DNA from: Microgenomates group bacterium
GTDB taxonomy: Bacteria > Patescibacteriota > Microgenomatia > UBA12405
Reading direction: 5' to 3'
Assembly: GCA_049303675.1 (NCBI GenBank)
Contig: JBAQNJ010000001.1
Span: 278,994 to 342,993, forward strand
Length of the DNA: 64,000 bases
Part shown: in pieces, positions 29,526-39,246 of the stretch
Layout: each line of letters opens with the position of its first letter
Numbering within the stretch: the stretch's first letter is position 1
Program-made: the position numbers and the translations under genes
Notes under the pieces: model-generated
What the model saw: the letters and a program-made list of their open reading frames with translations, nothing else
The model's database searches: none
Told to the model about the DNA's origin: nothing

Positions 29526-31226
29526 ATGATAAACTTACTAGTGATCCAAAAAATGCTTTTCTTTTTTACTTTTTACTTTTTACTTTTTACTTTCGTCCCC
29601 CATGTTTTTGCCGATATAAATGATGATATAGCGCAGCTTAGTAAACAAATTTCCGCCCTAGATGCTGCCATCGCCCCCCTCAAAAAAGAATCTACCGGAC
29701 TCTCCGCCAAAATTTCCTCAGCCAAAGCCACCATTCTCAAAACCGAAAAACAAATTACCGACCTTGGTGTCCGCCTGATTGACAAGGAGGCGGATCTCGA
29801 AGTCCAAAAAACTCTTCTCTCTTCTCGAGTTCGTCGTTATTACATCAACACCAAAAAATACAATCCACTCCTCATCTTTTTTGCCTCTACCGAGAGTACT
29901 TCTCTCCTCCGCCAATATTCTTGGTATCAATCAATTATTAGTACTGATCGCAATACCATTGTTGGCTATGTCAACGATATTAATTCTCTTAATCAAAATA
30001 AAATAAAATTAGAAGCTGAAAAAGTCAAATTGGCCGTCATCAAAAAAAATCTTGAATCCCGTTTTGGCTTTTTAGCCGGTGAAATCCAAAAAGCCGAGGC
30101 CTACAAAAATGAACTTAGCAAAAAACAGCAAGCCTTAATCGCCGAGAAAACCGCTATGTTCAACACCAGCGTTGGTGACGTCTCCTCATCCGACGATCCC
30201 GCCTCTAGATCCGATTATAATCCGGGGTTTTCCCCTGCTTTTGCTGTCTTTTCTTTTGGCGCCCCCCATCGTAAAGGTATGTCCCAATACGGTGCTTTTG
30301 GTCGATCCAAGGCAGGGCAATCCGCCGAAACCATTCTCAAGGCCTACTATGGCGATATTCGTCTCGAGAAAATGGACTCACCAGCTTCAATCCGCACCAC
30401 AGTTGGTATCCTTCCCTTCGAAGATAATTACTTAGTCGGTATCGCCGAAATGCCCGCTAGTTGGGGAGATTTAGGTGGCTATGAAGCACTCAAAGCTCAG
30501 GCCATTGCCGCTCGCACTTATGCCATCAATTCCACCAACAATTTATCCGGCACTATTTGTGTCACCGAGGCTTGTCAGGTCTACAGTCGTTCCCGACTCA
30601 ATTCACCGGGGCGCTGGCGTCAGGCAGTTATTGATACTCGGGGTATAGTTATCAAAAGCAACAAAACTGGCCGAGTTTTCTCCACCATGTATGCTTCGAC
30701 TTCTGGTGGGGCCATCACTTCATATTCCAGTTCCGATCACAGCACTCCTATGGTTTGGGATACCACTTGTGGCAGCCAGTCCTGCTGGCCATCTGGAGCC
30801 TACGAAAAATCAGCAGGTTCTTCGTGGTATTACAAGGGTTGGTACAAGACTCGTAGCAATGTCTCCGCCGGTCGATCTCATCCATGGTTAAATCAAGAGG
30901 AATTTTCCGACATTATCAATGCTATTATTTATTTTTCCAAAAACAAAGACTCTTCTCATTTATCTCAAATCCAAAATTGTCTCGGTTCCTGTGATTCAAA
31001 TGCGTGGTCTAGGGACGAACTTCGTAGGCAAGTAGGCAACGCCGTAAGTTCAGTCAACTCTGTCTCTGTTGACTATTCTACCGCTGGCTATACCCAAACC
31101 GTTCGAGTCAGTACCGACAAAGGTGATTTTAGCTTTAATGGCACAGACTTTAAAGAAATATTTACCCTCCGTGCCCCAGGTGCCCTGACTGCTAAATCCA
31201 GTCTCTTCAATATTGAGAAAAAATAA
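29526..31226 (+). CDS. SpoIID/LytB-domain cell-wall protein with N-terminal coiled coil
   Basis: APHRKGMSQYGAFGRSKAGQSAETILKAYYGD = SpoIID/LytB core; N-terminal signal/TM encoded by (acttttt)4 heptamer tract. Confidence 0.7.
   Translation: MINLLVIQKMLFFFTFYFLLFTFVPHVFADINDDIAQLSKQISALDAAIAPLKKESTGLSAKISSAKATILKTEKQITDLGVRLIDKEADLEVQKTLLSSRVRRYYINTKKYNPLLIFFASTESTSLLRQYSWYQSIISTDRNTIVGYVNDINSLNQNKIKLEAEKVKLAVIKKNLESRFGFLAGEIQKAEAYKNELSKKQQALIAEKTAMFNTSVGDVSSSDDPASRSDYNPGFSPAFAVFSFGAPHRKGMSQYGAFGRSKAGQSAETILKAYYGDIRLEKMDSPASIRTTVGILPFEDNYLVGIAEMPASWGDLGGYEALKAQAIAARTYAINSTNNLSGTICVTEACQVYSRSRLNSPGRWRQAVIDTRGIVIKSNKTGRVFSTMYASTSGGAITSYSSSDHSTPMVWDTTCGSQSCWPSGAYEKSAGSSWYYKGWYKTRSNVSAGRSHPWLNQEEFSDIINAIIYFSKNKDSSHLSQIQNCLGSCDSNAWSRDELRRQVGNAVSSVNSVSVDYSTAGYTQTVRVSTDKGDFSFNGTDFKEIFTLRAPGALTAKSSLFNIEKK
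29561..29597. repeat. Heptanucleotide tract (ACTTTTT)x4 + actttcgtc
   Basis: cttttttactttttactttttactttttactttcgtc inside 5' end of SpoIID gene. Confidence 0.8.
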
Positions 31227-31311
31227 TCCTCTCCAATTTATTAACTCAATCAATTTGATAAAAAACCTATCTTGATGTAAAATCTCACTCAAATTAGCCA
31301 AGCACCTATTT

Positions 31312-31632
31312 ATGAGCATTCATCTAATCGCCATTGCCCTCCATGGCCCAAATCATCCCCCAGTTATTGAAATTAATGATGATCAACAACCAAACTTTTC
31401 ACATAACAGTGGTCTTCCTTATCGTCGGACAGCTGTGCCTATTTTTTCCGGTGATGACATTGTTGCTGCCGATAAGGGCGATATCGGGACGGTTGATCTA
31501 AGGTTCAAAAACAAAGATGGAAATACTGTTTTCAAACCAATACTAGACTTAAAACCAGGTGAGCTCTGTTCCGCTACCACCACTAATCTTCCCAGTGGCC
31601 ACAGATATACATTTATTTTGCAACGTCTCTAA
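31312..31632 (+). CDS. Hypothetical protein
   Basis: 106 aa ORF. Confidence 0.3.
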   Translation: MSIHLIAIALHGPNHPPVIEINDDQQPNFSHNSGLPYRRTAVPIFSGDDIVAADKGDIGTVDLRFKNKDGNTVFKPILDLKPGELCSATTTNLPSGHRYTFILQRL

Positions 31633-31691
31633 AATCTGTACTCATCTATGCTTTTTCTAACCAGTGGGGGACCAACATTTCCCGTCGCACT

Positions 31692-32171
31692 TTGCTGGAA
31701 TTAGAGAAAAAATTGCCAAAAAACAATTTGCTAAATTATCAAATTGTTTATTTTCATCCCAAAACTTTTTTCAATAAATATATAAAAAGTTTTTGCACCC
31801 CTTCCCCCTTGTTAAAGGGGGATCGAGGGGGATTAATCATTGGTCTTGGCGATTTCTTTGGTGACATTACCAAAATCCGTCTCGAAACTATTACCCATAA
31901 TCAATATGCTCAAAACTCAATTTATCCATTTTCACCCATCAATTTAGATATTTCGCTGCCACCACTGGAAGATATTGACGAAAGAATCTTTACCGTTAGT
32001 GAACACATGGGCAAATACAATTGCAACTGGATTGTCTATTCTACCGAATTATATATCCGTCAACATGCCCCAGCCACAAAGCAATTATTTTTTCACCTGC
32101 CCCGTTCCCAAAATGCCACCATTTTAGCCTCTCAAATATACAATTTGCTCAATAATAATCAAATAATTTAG
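31692..32171 (+). CDS. Hypothetical protein (contains repeat copy in-frame; start uncertain)
   Basis: 159 aa ORF; hairpin repeat at 31804-31834 encodes SPLLKGDRGGL. Confidence 0.25.
   Translation: MLELEKKLPKNNLLNYQIVYFHPKTFFNKYIKSFCTPSPLLKGDRGGLIIGLGDFFGDITKIRLETITHNQYAQNSIYPFSPINLDISLPPLEDIDERIFTVSEHMGKYNCNWIVYSTELYIRQHAPATKQLFFHLPRSQNATILASQIYNLLNNNQII
31804..31834. repeat. Hairpin repeat family copy 1 (short form)
   Basis: cccccttgttaaagggggatcgagggggatt. Confidence 0.8.
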
Positions 32172-32175
32172 TGTT

Positions 32176-32218
32176 TTCCCCCTTTTCAAGGGGGAAGCGG
32201 CGTAGCCGAGGGGGTTTT
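32176..32218. repeat. Hairpin repeat family copy 2 (long form)
   Basis: ttcccccttttcaagggggaagcggcgtagccgagggggtttt, followed by ttataat 5 nt before ATG 32235. Confidence 0.8.
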
Positions 32219-32234
32219 GATGTTATAATTAACC

Positions 32235-32942
32235 ATGCCTCGAATCAAAGATGTTGATAATGTCGCTCCTGACGATTTAATTACTTCCCCAAAAACTAAT
32301 TTAACTATAAATACAAATCCAATTATAAAATCACCCAACAAGTTGGTCGATACAGAGACTTTAAACGACAAGGTTTACTCAATTTTTGGTCACACCAAGT
32401 CCTCATTTTCCTCTGCCCTAGTTTTCCCTCATGTCTTTAGTTTTGCCGAGCAGGACGACGATGAAAAAATTCTCGTCGCTATGCGTCCCCATTGGTTCAC
32501 CAATGTTTCTTGGATTTTCACCTCTATTTTTTTATTTCTCCTTCCTAGCCTAATCCATTTTGTTCCCCTTATCAACACCCTCCCGTGGAACTACCAGTTT
32601 GTCATTACCCTCTCTTGGTATCTAATCGCCATTGCCTACACTTTCGAGAAATTTATGGGCTGGTATTTCGATGTCTATATTATTACTGACCGTCGGGTCA
32701 TTGACATCGACTTTATCAATCTCCTTACCAAAAAATACGCCGAAGCAGATATATCCAAGATACAAGATGTCTCCTCGAAGGTTTCTGGTGTTAGCCAGAC
32801 ATTCTTCAATTATGGCTCAGTTCTCATCCAGACCGCCTCCGAAGTCAATGAATTGCACTTTGACAAAGTTGCCAATCCCGAAAAAATTGTCAAAATATTA
32901 CAGGAATTAGGCGAGTTAGAAGAATCCAAACACCATGAATAA
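32235..32942 (+). CDS. Membrane protein with bacterial PH (bPH_2/DUF304-like) domain
   Basis: Two TM helices then YFDVYIITDRRVIDIDF...GSVLIQTAS pattern. Confidence 0.5.
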   Translation: MPRIKDVDNVAPDDLITSPKTNLTINTNPIIKSPNKLVDTETLNDKVYSIFGHTKSSFSSALVFPHVFSFAEQDDDEKILVAMRPHWFTNVSWIFTSIFLFLLPSLIHFVPLINTLPWNYQFVITLSWYLIAIAYTFEKFMGWYFDVYIITDRRVIDIDFINLLTKKYAEADISKIQDVSSKVSGVSQTFFNYGSVLIQTASEVNELHFDKVANPEKIVKILQELGELEESKHHE

Positions 32943-33150
32943 TCTCAATCTCTATTTTTTACTGGCCCAAAAATTTTCTTTTGTTCTCGGTTCTATTATT
33001 TATCTTGTTTTTGCCCTAATTGTGGTGAAGCAAACTACTATGATGAGTAAAAACGTTATCGACAAATTCAATCCTGTTCTGATCTCCATTGCCTATCTCC
33101 ACCTCGCCTTTTCCATATTTCTCGTCTTCCTTACTTTAGTAATACTCTAA
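32935..33150 (+). CDS. Small membrane protein
   Basis: 71 aa, two hydrophobic segments, overlaps upstream gene stop. Confidence 0.3.
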   Translation: MNNLNLYFLLAQKFSFVLGSIIYLVFALIVVKQTTMMSKNVIDKFNPVLISIAYLHLAFSIFLVFLTLVIL

Positions 33151-33189
33151 CAAAGATTATCCCCCTCTTTCGTCAATATAGTTTGTACT

Positions 33190-33234
33190 TCTCCCTTTTT
33201 CAAGGGGAGATGCGGCGAAGCCGAGAGGGGTTTT
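33190..33234. repeat. Hairpin repeat family copy 3 (long form)
   Basis: tctccctttttcaaggggagatgcggcgaagccgagaggggtttt then tagtat 8 nt before ATG 33250. Confidence 0.8.
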
Positions 33235-33249
33235 GTAGTATCATTAATC

Positions 33250-35052
33250 ATGCACTTTATTTGTCGATCTTTCCTCGGTCAAGCACAGCCCAATTCTTGG
33301 TCTCAGTATTGGGAGAACGAACCAGAGGATCAGGCTCTCGCTGCCAATCGTGGCCATCTTTTTGCCCTGCTCAATCTTGTCGTTGATCAAAATATCCCCA
33401 CTAGCGATATCGGTCATCGGCTTATCAATGAACTCAATCAACAATATTTTTCTTCATCCCTTGATCCAATTCCCGTTTCACTGACGCAGGCTATCCAGAC
33501 AGTTGTCAATCAACCAGCCTACAACTTACTCGACATTTCTCTGACTATCGCCATTATTCACCAGTCCCAGCTCTATCTGGCTATGTACAACTCCGGTTAT
33601 GTTTTTCTCGTTCGCCAGCATCAGTTCTCTCAGCTTCTTAGCGGCACCACCTCGAAGGTCAATCTCGTCTCTGGCCTGATTGCCCCCGATGACATTATCT
33701 TTATTTGCACTCAAAATTTTTATGACAATGCTACCCTAAATGGTATCAAGAGTTACCTGTCATTAGGCAAAACAGAAGACATTGAGGAGAGCATTATGGC
33801 CGACATTTACACTTTTACCGAGCAGGCCACCCTCGCTTCCCTCCTCATCGGAATTCACCCCGATGTCGATACCCCTTCCCCTCTTCCTGACAGCCCCGAG
33901 CCTAGTTCTCCCCCAGTTTCTGAGGTTATTTCTCCTCCCGATGTCTACATTTCCCACCTCGACTCTACCGCCATCAAAAATCGTCGTTATTTCAACATCA
34001 TTATTGCCATCATTTTGATTTTAGCCCTGTCTGTCAGTGTTTTCTTTGGCAATCAGCGTAATCAAAAAAATAATTTACAAACCAAATATCAGACCCTCAA
34101 ATCAGCCTATCAGGCCAAAATGAGTAGTGCTCTAGCCACCAAAAATATCAATCTCGAAGAGGCCCAGAAGATTGCTGCCGAGGCCAAAAGTATCGCCCTC
34201 GAATTGCAGTCTCTCAAGATAAATTCAGCCGAATCATCCCAGTTATTAGCTGATGCCCTCAATATACTGTCCCAAACTGGTTCTGCCGACAGTTACTCAC
34301 CCCAAGACTACTACGACACCACCGATCTCAACTCTGCTGCGAATTATTCTCATCTTATTTCTGCCAAAAACTTTTTATATCTCCTCGATCAGACTTCAGG
34401 TCGTCTCGACCGCCTCGATCTAGCCGCCAAAAGCAAACAAAAAATTATCCAAAATGATCAACTAAAAAATGCCACCGATATCGCCGAAAATAATGGTCAA
34501 CTCTACCTCCTCATCGACAAAAAAATCTATCAAGTTAGTGGCACTTCCCTTAATTCAGTTATTGATATTCCCACCGACATTCCCGACTTCACCTCCGGCA
34601 AAATCCACTTTTGGAACAGTAGTCTCTATCTTCTTGGCACCAACATTTGGAAATTCACCCCCTCAGGCACCTCCTTTTCTCAGGCCCAAGTCTGGCTCAA
34701 GGATGGCAACAATTTACCACCCACTAGTTCCTCATTGGCCATCAATGGCCAAGTTTGGGTCTTAGCCAAGTCAGGGGATCTTTCCTCCTACACTCGGGGT
34801 ACCCGCGATGCCACCCCGCCCCATATTGCCACCAATTTATCAGCCGCCGATCACTTAGTTGTTTCTCTTGACTCAGAAATTATTTCCTTTGTCGATGGCA
34901 GTTCCGTTGTTTATATTTATCACAAATCTACCGCATCCGCCTCCAAATACAATTTTGGCAATCGTCAGATTCTTAGTACCGCTCTCGATTCTACTAACAA
35001 TCGTCTTTTAGTTCTCTGTGCCGACAAAAAAATCTACCAAATTAAATTATAG
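33250..35052 (+). CDS. Large hypothetical protein: cytoplasmic N-domain, single TM, Ser/Pro-rich linker, beta-rich C-domain
   Basis: 600 aa; TM RRYFNIIIAIILILALSVSVFFG; SPLPDSPEPSSPPVSEVISPP linker. Confidence 0.45.
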   Translation: MHFICRSFLGQAQPNSWSQYWENEPEDQALAANRGHLFALLNLVVDQNIPTSDIGHRLINELNQQYFSSSLDPIPVSLTQAIQTVVNQPAYNLLDISLTIAIIHQSQLYLAMYNSGYVFLVRQHQFSQLLSGTTSKVNLVSGLIAPDDIIFICTQNFYDNATLNGIKSYLSLGKTEDIEESIMADIYTFTEQATLASLLIGIHPDVDTPSPLPDSPEPSSPPVSEVISPPDVYISHLDSTAIKNRRYFNIIIAIILILALSVSVFFGNQRNQKNNLQTKYQTLKSAYQAKMSSALATKNINLEEAQKIAAEAKSIALELQSLKINSAESSQLLADALNILSQTGSADSYSPQDYYDTTDLNSAANYSHLISAKNFLYLLDQTSGRLDRLDLAAKSKQKIIQNDQLKNATDIAENNGQLYLLIDKKIYQVSGTSLNSVIDIPTDIPDFTSGKIHFWNSSLYLLGTNIWKFTPSGTSFSQAQVWLKDGNNLPPTSSSLAINGQVWVLAKSGDLSSYTRGTRDATPPHIATNLSAADHLVVSLDSEIISFVDGSSVVYIYHKSTASASKYNFGNRQILSTALDSTNNRLLVLCADKKIYQIKL

Positions 35053-35080
35053 TAGTTTTTTTGTACAACTTTGATATAAT

Positions 35081-35575
35081 TTGATTATGCCAGTTGATAA
35101 AACCCATCGAGAAATATTAGACCATGCCATCAACATTGCCTATCAAAACGCCACCAAATTCACTGCTCGCCAGCCAAATAGTGACTTCGCTACCACCTCT
35201 GCAGAAATAGATAGTTCTCGGGGTAAAGCCCATTTGTCAATTGGTGTCACTCGAACACAGCAAGGGCTAGATACCGAAGTCAGTCTTCAGCCAGCAGGTA
35301 GTGGTAAAGGCAATGACTGGAGCTATCGACTTGTATCCCAAACCGTCTGGCCAGATATCTACGGTCAACTAGTTGGAACTATGGACCATTACCCAGAAAC
35401 ACAAGGCATGACTGCCTCAGAAGCATTGGAAGTTTTACAGAAGACCTCACCCATAGAAATATCTTTTCCAAGGCGAGAACAACATTCATCTGAGGAAATC
35501 AGCTTTTTTCTACTGAGGGGAGATGGCAGAAGTGTGATTGACGATCTAGCTCGAATGGTCCGACCCCGTCGATAA
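35081..35575 (+). CDS. Hypothetical protein
   Basis: 164 aa ORF. Confidence 0.35.
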   Translation: MIMPVDKTHREILDHAINIAYQNATKFTARQPNSDFATTSAEIDSSRGKAHLSIGVTRTQQGLDTEVSLQPAGSGKGNDWSYRLVSQTVWPDIYGQLVGTMDHYPETQGMTASEALEVLQKTSPIEISFPRREQHSSEEISFFLLRGDGRSVIDDLARMVRPRR

Positions 35576-35577
35576 AA

Positions 35578-36006
35578 TTATCGTTTTTTTCTATCCAATA
35601 TTACGTCAATATATCCCGTTTTCACCCCTTCTGCTTGAGGTCTGCCCACGCCCATCATCAAAAAATACATTTTTTCTTCGCTTGCCGGCATGTCTTTTAT
35701 CCAAGCATCAGTTTTAGACATCGGTTCGATTATTTGCAAGTGGCCCACACACCTACTATCAGGATTTTCTCCTCTAGGTGTCAAATAAGTTATATTTTTT
35801 AGTGCTCGAAGTTGTTCTAGCGTCAAGCCTTCCTCTTCCCCTAACATAGTTTCAAAATTTTTTTGAGTATGTTCGGCAATTTCTTTATGAAAATCACTTG
35901 CCCTAGGTATTAGTATGAGTGCAAAAATATCCTTATTGACTGCATCCATCATTTGGGCTGAAGCTTTCAATTTCTTATAATACTCTCTAAATTTCTCGTC
36001 ATCCAT
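35578..36006 (-). CDS. Hypothetical protein
   Basis: 142 aa ORF. Confidence 0.35.
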   Translation of the reverse strand: MDDEKFREYYKKLKASAQMMDAVNKDIFALILIPRASDFHKEIAEHTQKNFETMLGEEEGLTLEQLRALKNITYLTPRGENPDSRCVGHLQIIEPMSKTDAWIKDMPASEEKMYFLMMGVGRPQAEGVKTGYIDVILDRKKR

Positions 36007-36047
36007 ATCATTATTATATCAATAAAGCCCATAATATACAATGTTTT

Positions 36048-36089
36048 TCTCCCTTGTCATAGGGAGAAGCGGCTGTGCCGAGAGGGATT
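36048..36089. repeat. Hairpin repeat family copy 4 (long form)
   Basis: tctcccttgtcatagggagaagcggctgtgccgagagggatt. Confidence 0.8.
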
Positions 36090-36155
36090 GAAATATGAGA
36101 TAATCACTTAGTTTGTTTTATTCATAAATCATATTTCTTATTTCATACACCAACT

Positions 36156-36566
36156 ATGAGGTACTTCAATCGAGATTCACTCGACTACGAGTTCAAAGAC
36201 AAGTACGAAGCAGGCCTCGTCCTCACTGGTTCTGATGCCAAATCTCTCCGGACTCAGGGAGTCCTCTTCAATGGCTCCAAAATCGAGATAATTGATGGTA
36301 TTCCTACAGTTTTCAATCTGACTATCGAGCCCTACAAGTATTCCCAAAACCAATCGATCGACACCACTCGGGAACGAAAAATCTTATTATCGCAGAGGGA
36401 AATAGCCAAGTTAATTAGTCTCCGCAATCAAAAATATATGATCATCCCCATCAGTATATTTTTGAAGCACAATTGGTTCAAAATGGAAATTGGTGTCGGC
36501 CGCAAGCTCCGCAAATACGAAAAAAGAGAAAAAATCAAAGCCAAGGATTCTCTACGTCACTCCTAA
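36156..36566 (+). CDS. smpB: SsrA-binding protein SmpB
   Basis: DKYEAGLVLTGSDAKSLR...KILLSQREIAKL...MEIGVGRKLRKYEKREKIK. Confidence 0.85.
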   Translation: MRYFNRDSLDYEFKDKYEAGLVLTGSDAKSLRTQGVLFNGSKIEIIDGIPTVFNLTIEPYKYSQNQSIDTTRERKILLSQREIAKLISLRNQKYMIIPISIFLKHNWFKMEIGVGRKLRKYEKREKIKAKDSLRHS

Positions 36567-36567
36567 A

Positions 36568-36804
36568 CTAGCCAATTTTTCCCTTTTCTGTCTGAACTAG
36601 GGGACCAGTCACTTCCAATTTTTGTCGACCTCTTAGTACCGCAAGTTCTGATTTTTTCACTACCGTCCCAATCCTCACCTGATTATCATCAGTTCCATAG
36701 ACCACTGTATCATCACCCACAGTTTGTATTTCTTTCACCAAAATACGCCCGCTATTTGTCGGCCAGATAAATGGTTTTTCCACTATATTGTTATCATTTG
36801 ACAC
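36568..36804 (-). CDS. Hypothetical small protein
   Basis: 78 aa ORF. Confidence 0.3.
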   Translation of the reverse strand: MSNDNNIVEKPFIWPTNSGRILVKEIQTVGDDTVVYGTDDNQVRIGTVVKKSELAVLRGRQKLEVTGPLVQTEKGKIG

Positions 36805-36882
36805 ATCGCTAATCTATCATATTATTGTCATTTTTTCTCCTTGTTGCTGGCCAATGCCCCTAGTTTGTAGTAACCTATATGT

Positions 36883-38211
36883 ATGTCCAAATACATCATT
36901 GACGGTGGTACACCACTCTCCGGTGAAGTTTTTATCCGTGGCGCCAAAAATGCCAGTTACAAGCAAATCATTGCCTCCCTGCTGACCAGTGATTCCGTCG
37001 AACTGACCAACATTCCTCAAATTTCCGACGTTCACATTACCACTAGTATTGCCCAAAACTTAGGCGTTTCTGTCGAAGAGGTTGGCGAGCATGGCCTGAT
37101 TATCACCGCCAAAAATATCACCCATTCGGTCATTCCCAGTGGTACCGGCGAGAAATCACGCACTTCTTTTATATTTATTGGTCCCTTGCTAGCCCGTACC
37201 GGTAGCATTACCTTTCCTTCTCCGGGAGGCGACAAATTGGGGGAGCGGCCCCTTGATCGTCTTTTTGCCTGTCTGACTCAGATGAATGTCCAGATAGTTG
37301 CCGCCGAGGATTCCTATACTCTCACTACTTCAGGGCTTGTCGGTACTGATTATACTTTCGAAAAGCCTTCACACACCTCCACCGAAGTTGTCATCATGAC
37401 TGCTTGTCTGGCTGCAGGGGAGACAATTATTCGCCATGCCGCCTGCGAGCCCGAAATCGACGACCTCATCCACTTACTCAATCAAATGGGTGCCCAGATC
37501 AAGCGAGATACTACCGAACCTTCCACTATTTATATTACTGGTGTCCAGTCACTCCATGGTGCTACTCATCAGGTTATCTCCGACCGCAATGAGGCAGTCA
37601 CTTTTGCTTGTGCTGCTCTCAGTACCCGTGGTTCCATCAGTATTTTGCGCCTCAACCCTCAGATAATTGCCACATTTTTAGATACCATCGAAAAAATGGG
37701 AGCGCAGGTCAATCGGGGCAAGGATGAAGTTAAGATTAGCTGGCACCAGCCTCTCTCTGCTATCGATATTGCCACCGGACCAGAGCCGGAATTTATGACT
37801 GACTGGCAAGCAGTTTTTAGTCTAGTTCTTACTCAGGCCGTCGGGGTTAGTAGTGTCATCGAGCGGGTTTTCCCTTCTCGTTTCCAACACATCCAATTGC
37901 TCAACCAAATGGGAGCCAAGACCAAATTTTTTCAGCCAGATATAGCCGATCCTGCCGCTTATTACCACTTCAATCCTAGTTCCGATCGCCCTGAATTTTT
38001 TCATGGCGTTACCATCTATGGCCCCACCAAATTACAGCCAGCCGATATGAAAATCTCCGATCTCCGAGCCGGTGCTACCTCCACCCTCGCCGCTCTCACT
38101 GCTCAGGGCACATCTACCATTGAGGGTGTCGAGTTTATCGAGCGCGGCTACGAAAAATTAGCCGATAGATTGGCTTCACTAGGTGCTCGCATCAAGTACA
38201 TCAAGACTTAG
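36883..38211 (+). CDS. murA: UDP-N-acetylglucosamine 1-carboxyvinyltransferase
   Basis: MSKYIIDGGTPLSGEVFIRGAKNAS..., 442 aa EPT family. Confidence 0.9.
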   Translation: MSKYIIDGGTPLSGEVFIRGAKNASYKQIIASLLTSDSVELTNIPQISDVHITTSIAQNLGVSVEEVGEHGLIITAKNITHSVIPSGTGEKSRTSFIFIGPLLARTGSITFPSPGGDKLGERPLDRLFACLTQMNVQIVAAEDSYTLTTSGLVGTDYTFEKPSHTSTEVVIMTACLAAGETIIRHAACEPEIDDLIHLLNQMGAQIKRDTTEPSTIYITGVQSLHGATHQVISDRNEAVTFACAALSTRGSISILRLNPQIIATFLDTIEKMGAQVNRGKDEVKISWHQPLSAIDIATGPEPEFMTDWQAVFSLVLTQAVGVSSVIERVFPSRFQHIQLLNQMGAKTKFFQPDIADPAAYYHFNPSSDRPEFFHGVTIYGPTKLQPADMKISDLRAGATSTLAALTAQGTSTIEGVEFIERGYEKLADRLASLGARIKYIKT

Positions 38212-38455
38212 TGCTATAATTTTCCATATGTCCAAAAAATCAACAGCATCTCTCGAAATTGAATTACCTCAAGACACTATTACTGCGATCAAAGCCTATG
38301 CCTCCGAGAAACACCTATCTTTCAACAAAGCTACCCTCAGGTTTATCAGTATTGGTCAACAATTCGAACAATTGGCCAGTGAATCAGGAGTGACTTTTCA
38401 CACCAAGCTGCCTGCCAGTCGTCATCCTCATCCATTTGGTCGCAAATTTCCCTAA
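38183..38455 (+). CDS. Hypothetical small protein
   Basis: 90 aa ORF overlapping murA end. Confidence 0.25.
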   Translation: MLASSTSRLSAIIFHMSKKSTASLEIELPQDTITAIKAYASEKHLSFNKATLRFISIGQQFEQLASESGVTFHTKLPASRHPHPFGRKFP

Positions 38456-38859
38456 CCAATTTTTGTTGTTAGTCCATATATCGGCAATATTATTGCCACC
38501 ACCAACAGTCCCACTACTAGTCCGATCAACAGCATTGCCAACCATTGTAATTCACTAATCATCAAATCCTTCGAGCTAATCATTGAACCTTCCTTGTATT
38601 TTAGTAGTCTCTCATCAAACTTAATATCCATAAAATTTGGTGAGAATATGTATCCCGCAAAAATAATCAATCCTACTACCACATAATTAATGTACTTCTC
38701 TACCAAAATAGTTATTGCCAGTTTATCCACCCCCATTTCAGTATACAGTCCCGTTAGCTTTGGCATTACCACATACGACATTAATCCCAGTACTATCGCC
38801 ATTACTATTGATACTATGGCCACCTGCAACTTTTGCCCTTTCAAAATATCCCTTGCCAC
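38452..38859 (-). CDS. PilC/GspF-like (T2SS-F domain) C-terminal fragment
   Basis: 135 aa; C-terminus LLIGLVVGLLVVAIILPIYGL resembles PilC/GspF terminal helix; only one partial domain. Confidence 0.4.
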   Translation of the reverse strand: MARDILKGQKLQVAIVSIVMAIVLGLMSYVVMPKLTGLYTEMGVDKLAITILVEKYINYVVVGLIIFAGYIFSPNFMDIKFDERLLKYKEGSMISSKDLMISELQWLAMLLIGLVVGLLVVAIILPIYGLTTKIG

Positions 38860-38892
38860 TTCTTTTTTTATATAAGCTGGTTACATAGACTA

Positions 38893-39132
38893 TTATACAA
38901 AATGTTTCTTGGCAAAAGCTATTCCCGACCCTGTTTTAAGATATTTCTCAAATTTATATGCGATATATTTGTCATTAAATGCAAAATACACCTTTACTTT
39001 CCAGGGTTTATAAAATTGTGTTGCGGGTACTTTTCCTTCATTGTGCATTTTAATCCGCTCTTTTAGGTCTTCAGTACATCCTACATACCTCCGTCCGTAC
39101 TTATTTGTAAGTATGTAAACATAAGAAAACAT
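38893..39132 (-). CDS. GIY-YIG nuclease domain protein (paralog of 20246..20512)
   Basis: MFSYVYILTNKYGRRYVGCTEDLKERIKMHNEG...KYLKTGSG. Confidence 0.65.
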   Translation of the reverse strand: MFSYVYILTNKYGRRYVGCTEDLKERIKMHNEGKVPATQFYKPWKVKVYFAFNDKYIAYKFEKYLKTGSGIAFAKKHFV

Positions 39133-39206
39133 TACAAATTTTATTACAAATGGAGGACTTTGTCCTCCGGAGCAGAGAGATTATTTGACAATTTAGACAG
39201 TTGGCG

Positions 39207-39246
39207 TATACGAAAAACGCGCCTTTGTATACACAAAAGCGCGCGC
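39207..39246 (-). terminator. Intrinsic terminator after tmRNA candidate
   Basis: Minus strand GCGCGCTTTTGTGTATACAAAGGCGCGTTTTTCG: long GC-clamped hairpin + T5. Confidence 0.6.
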
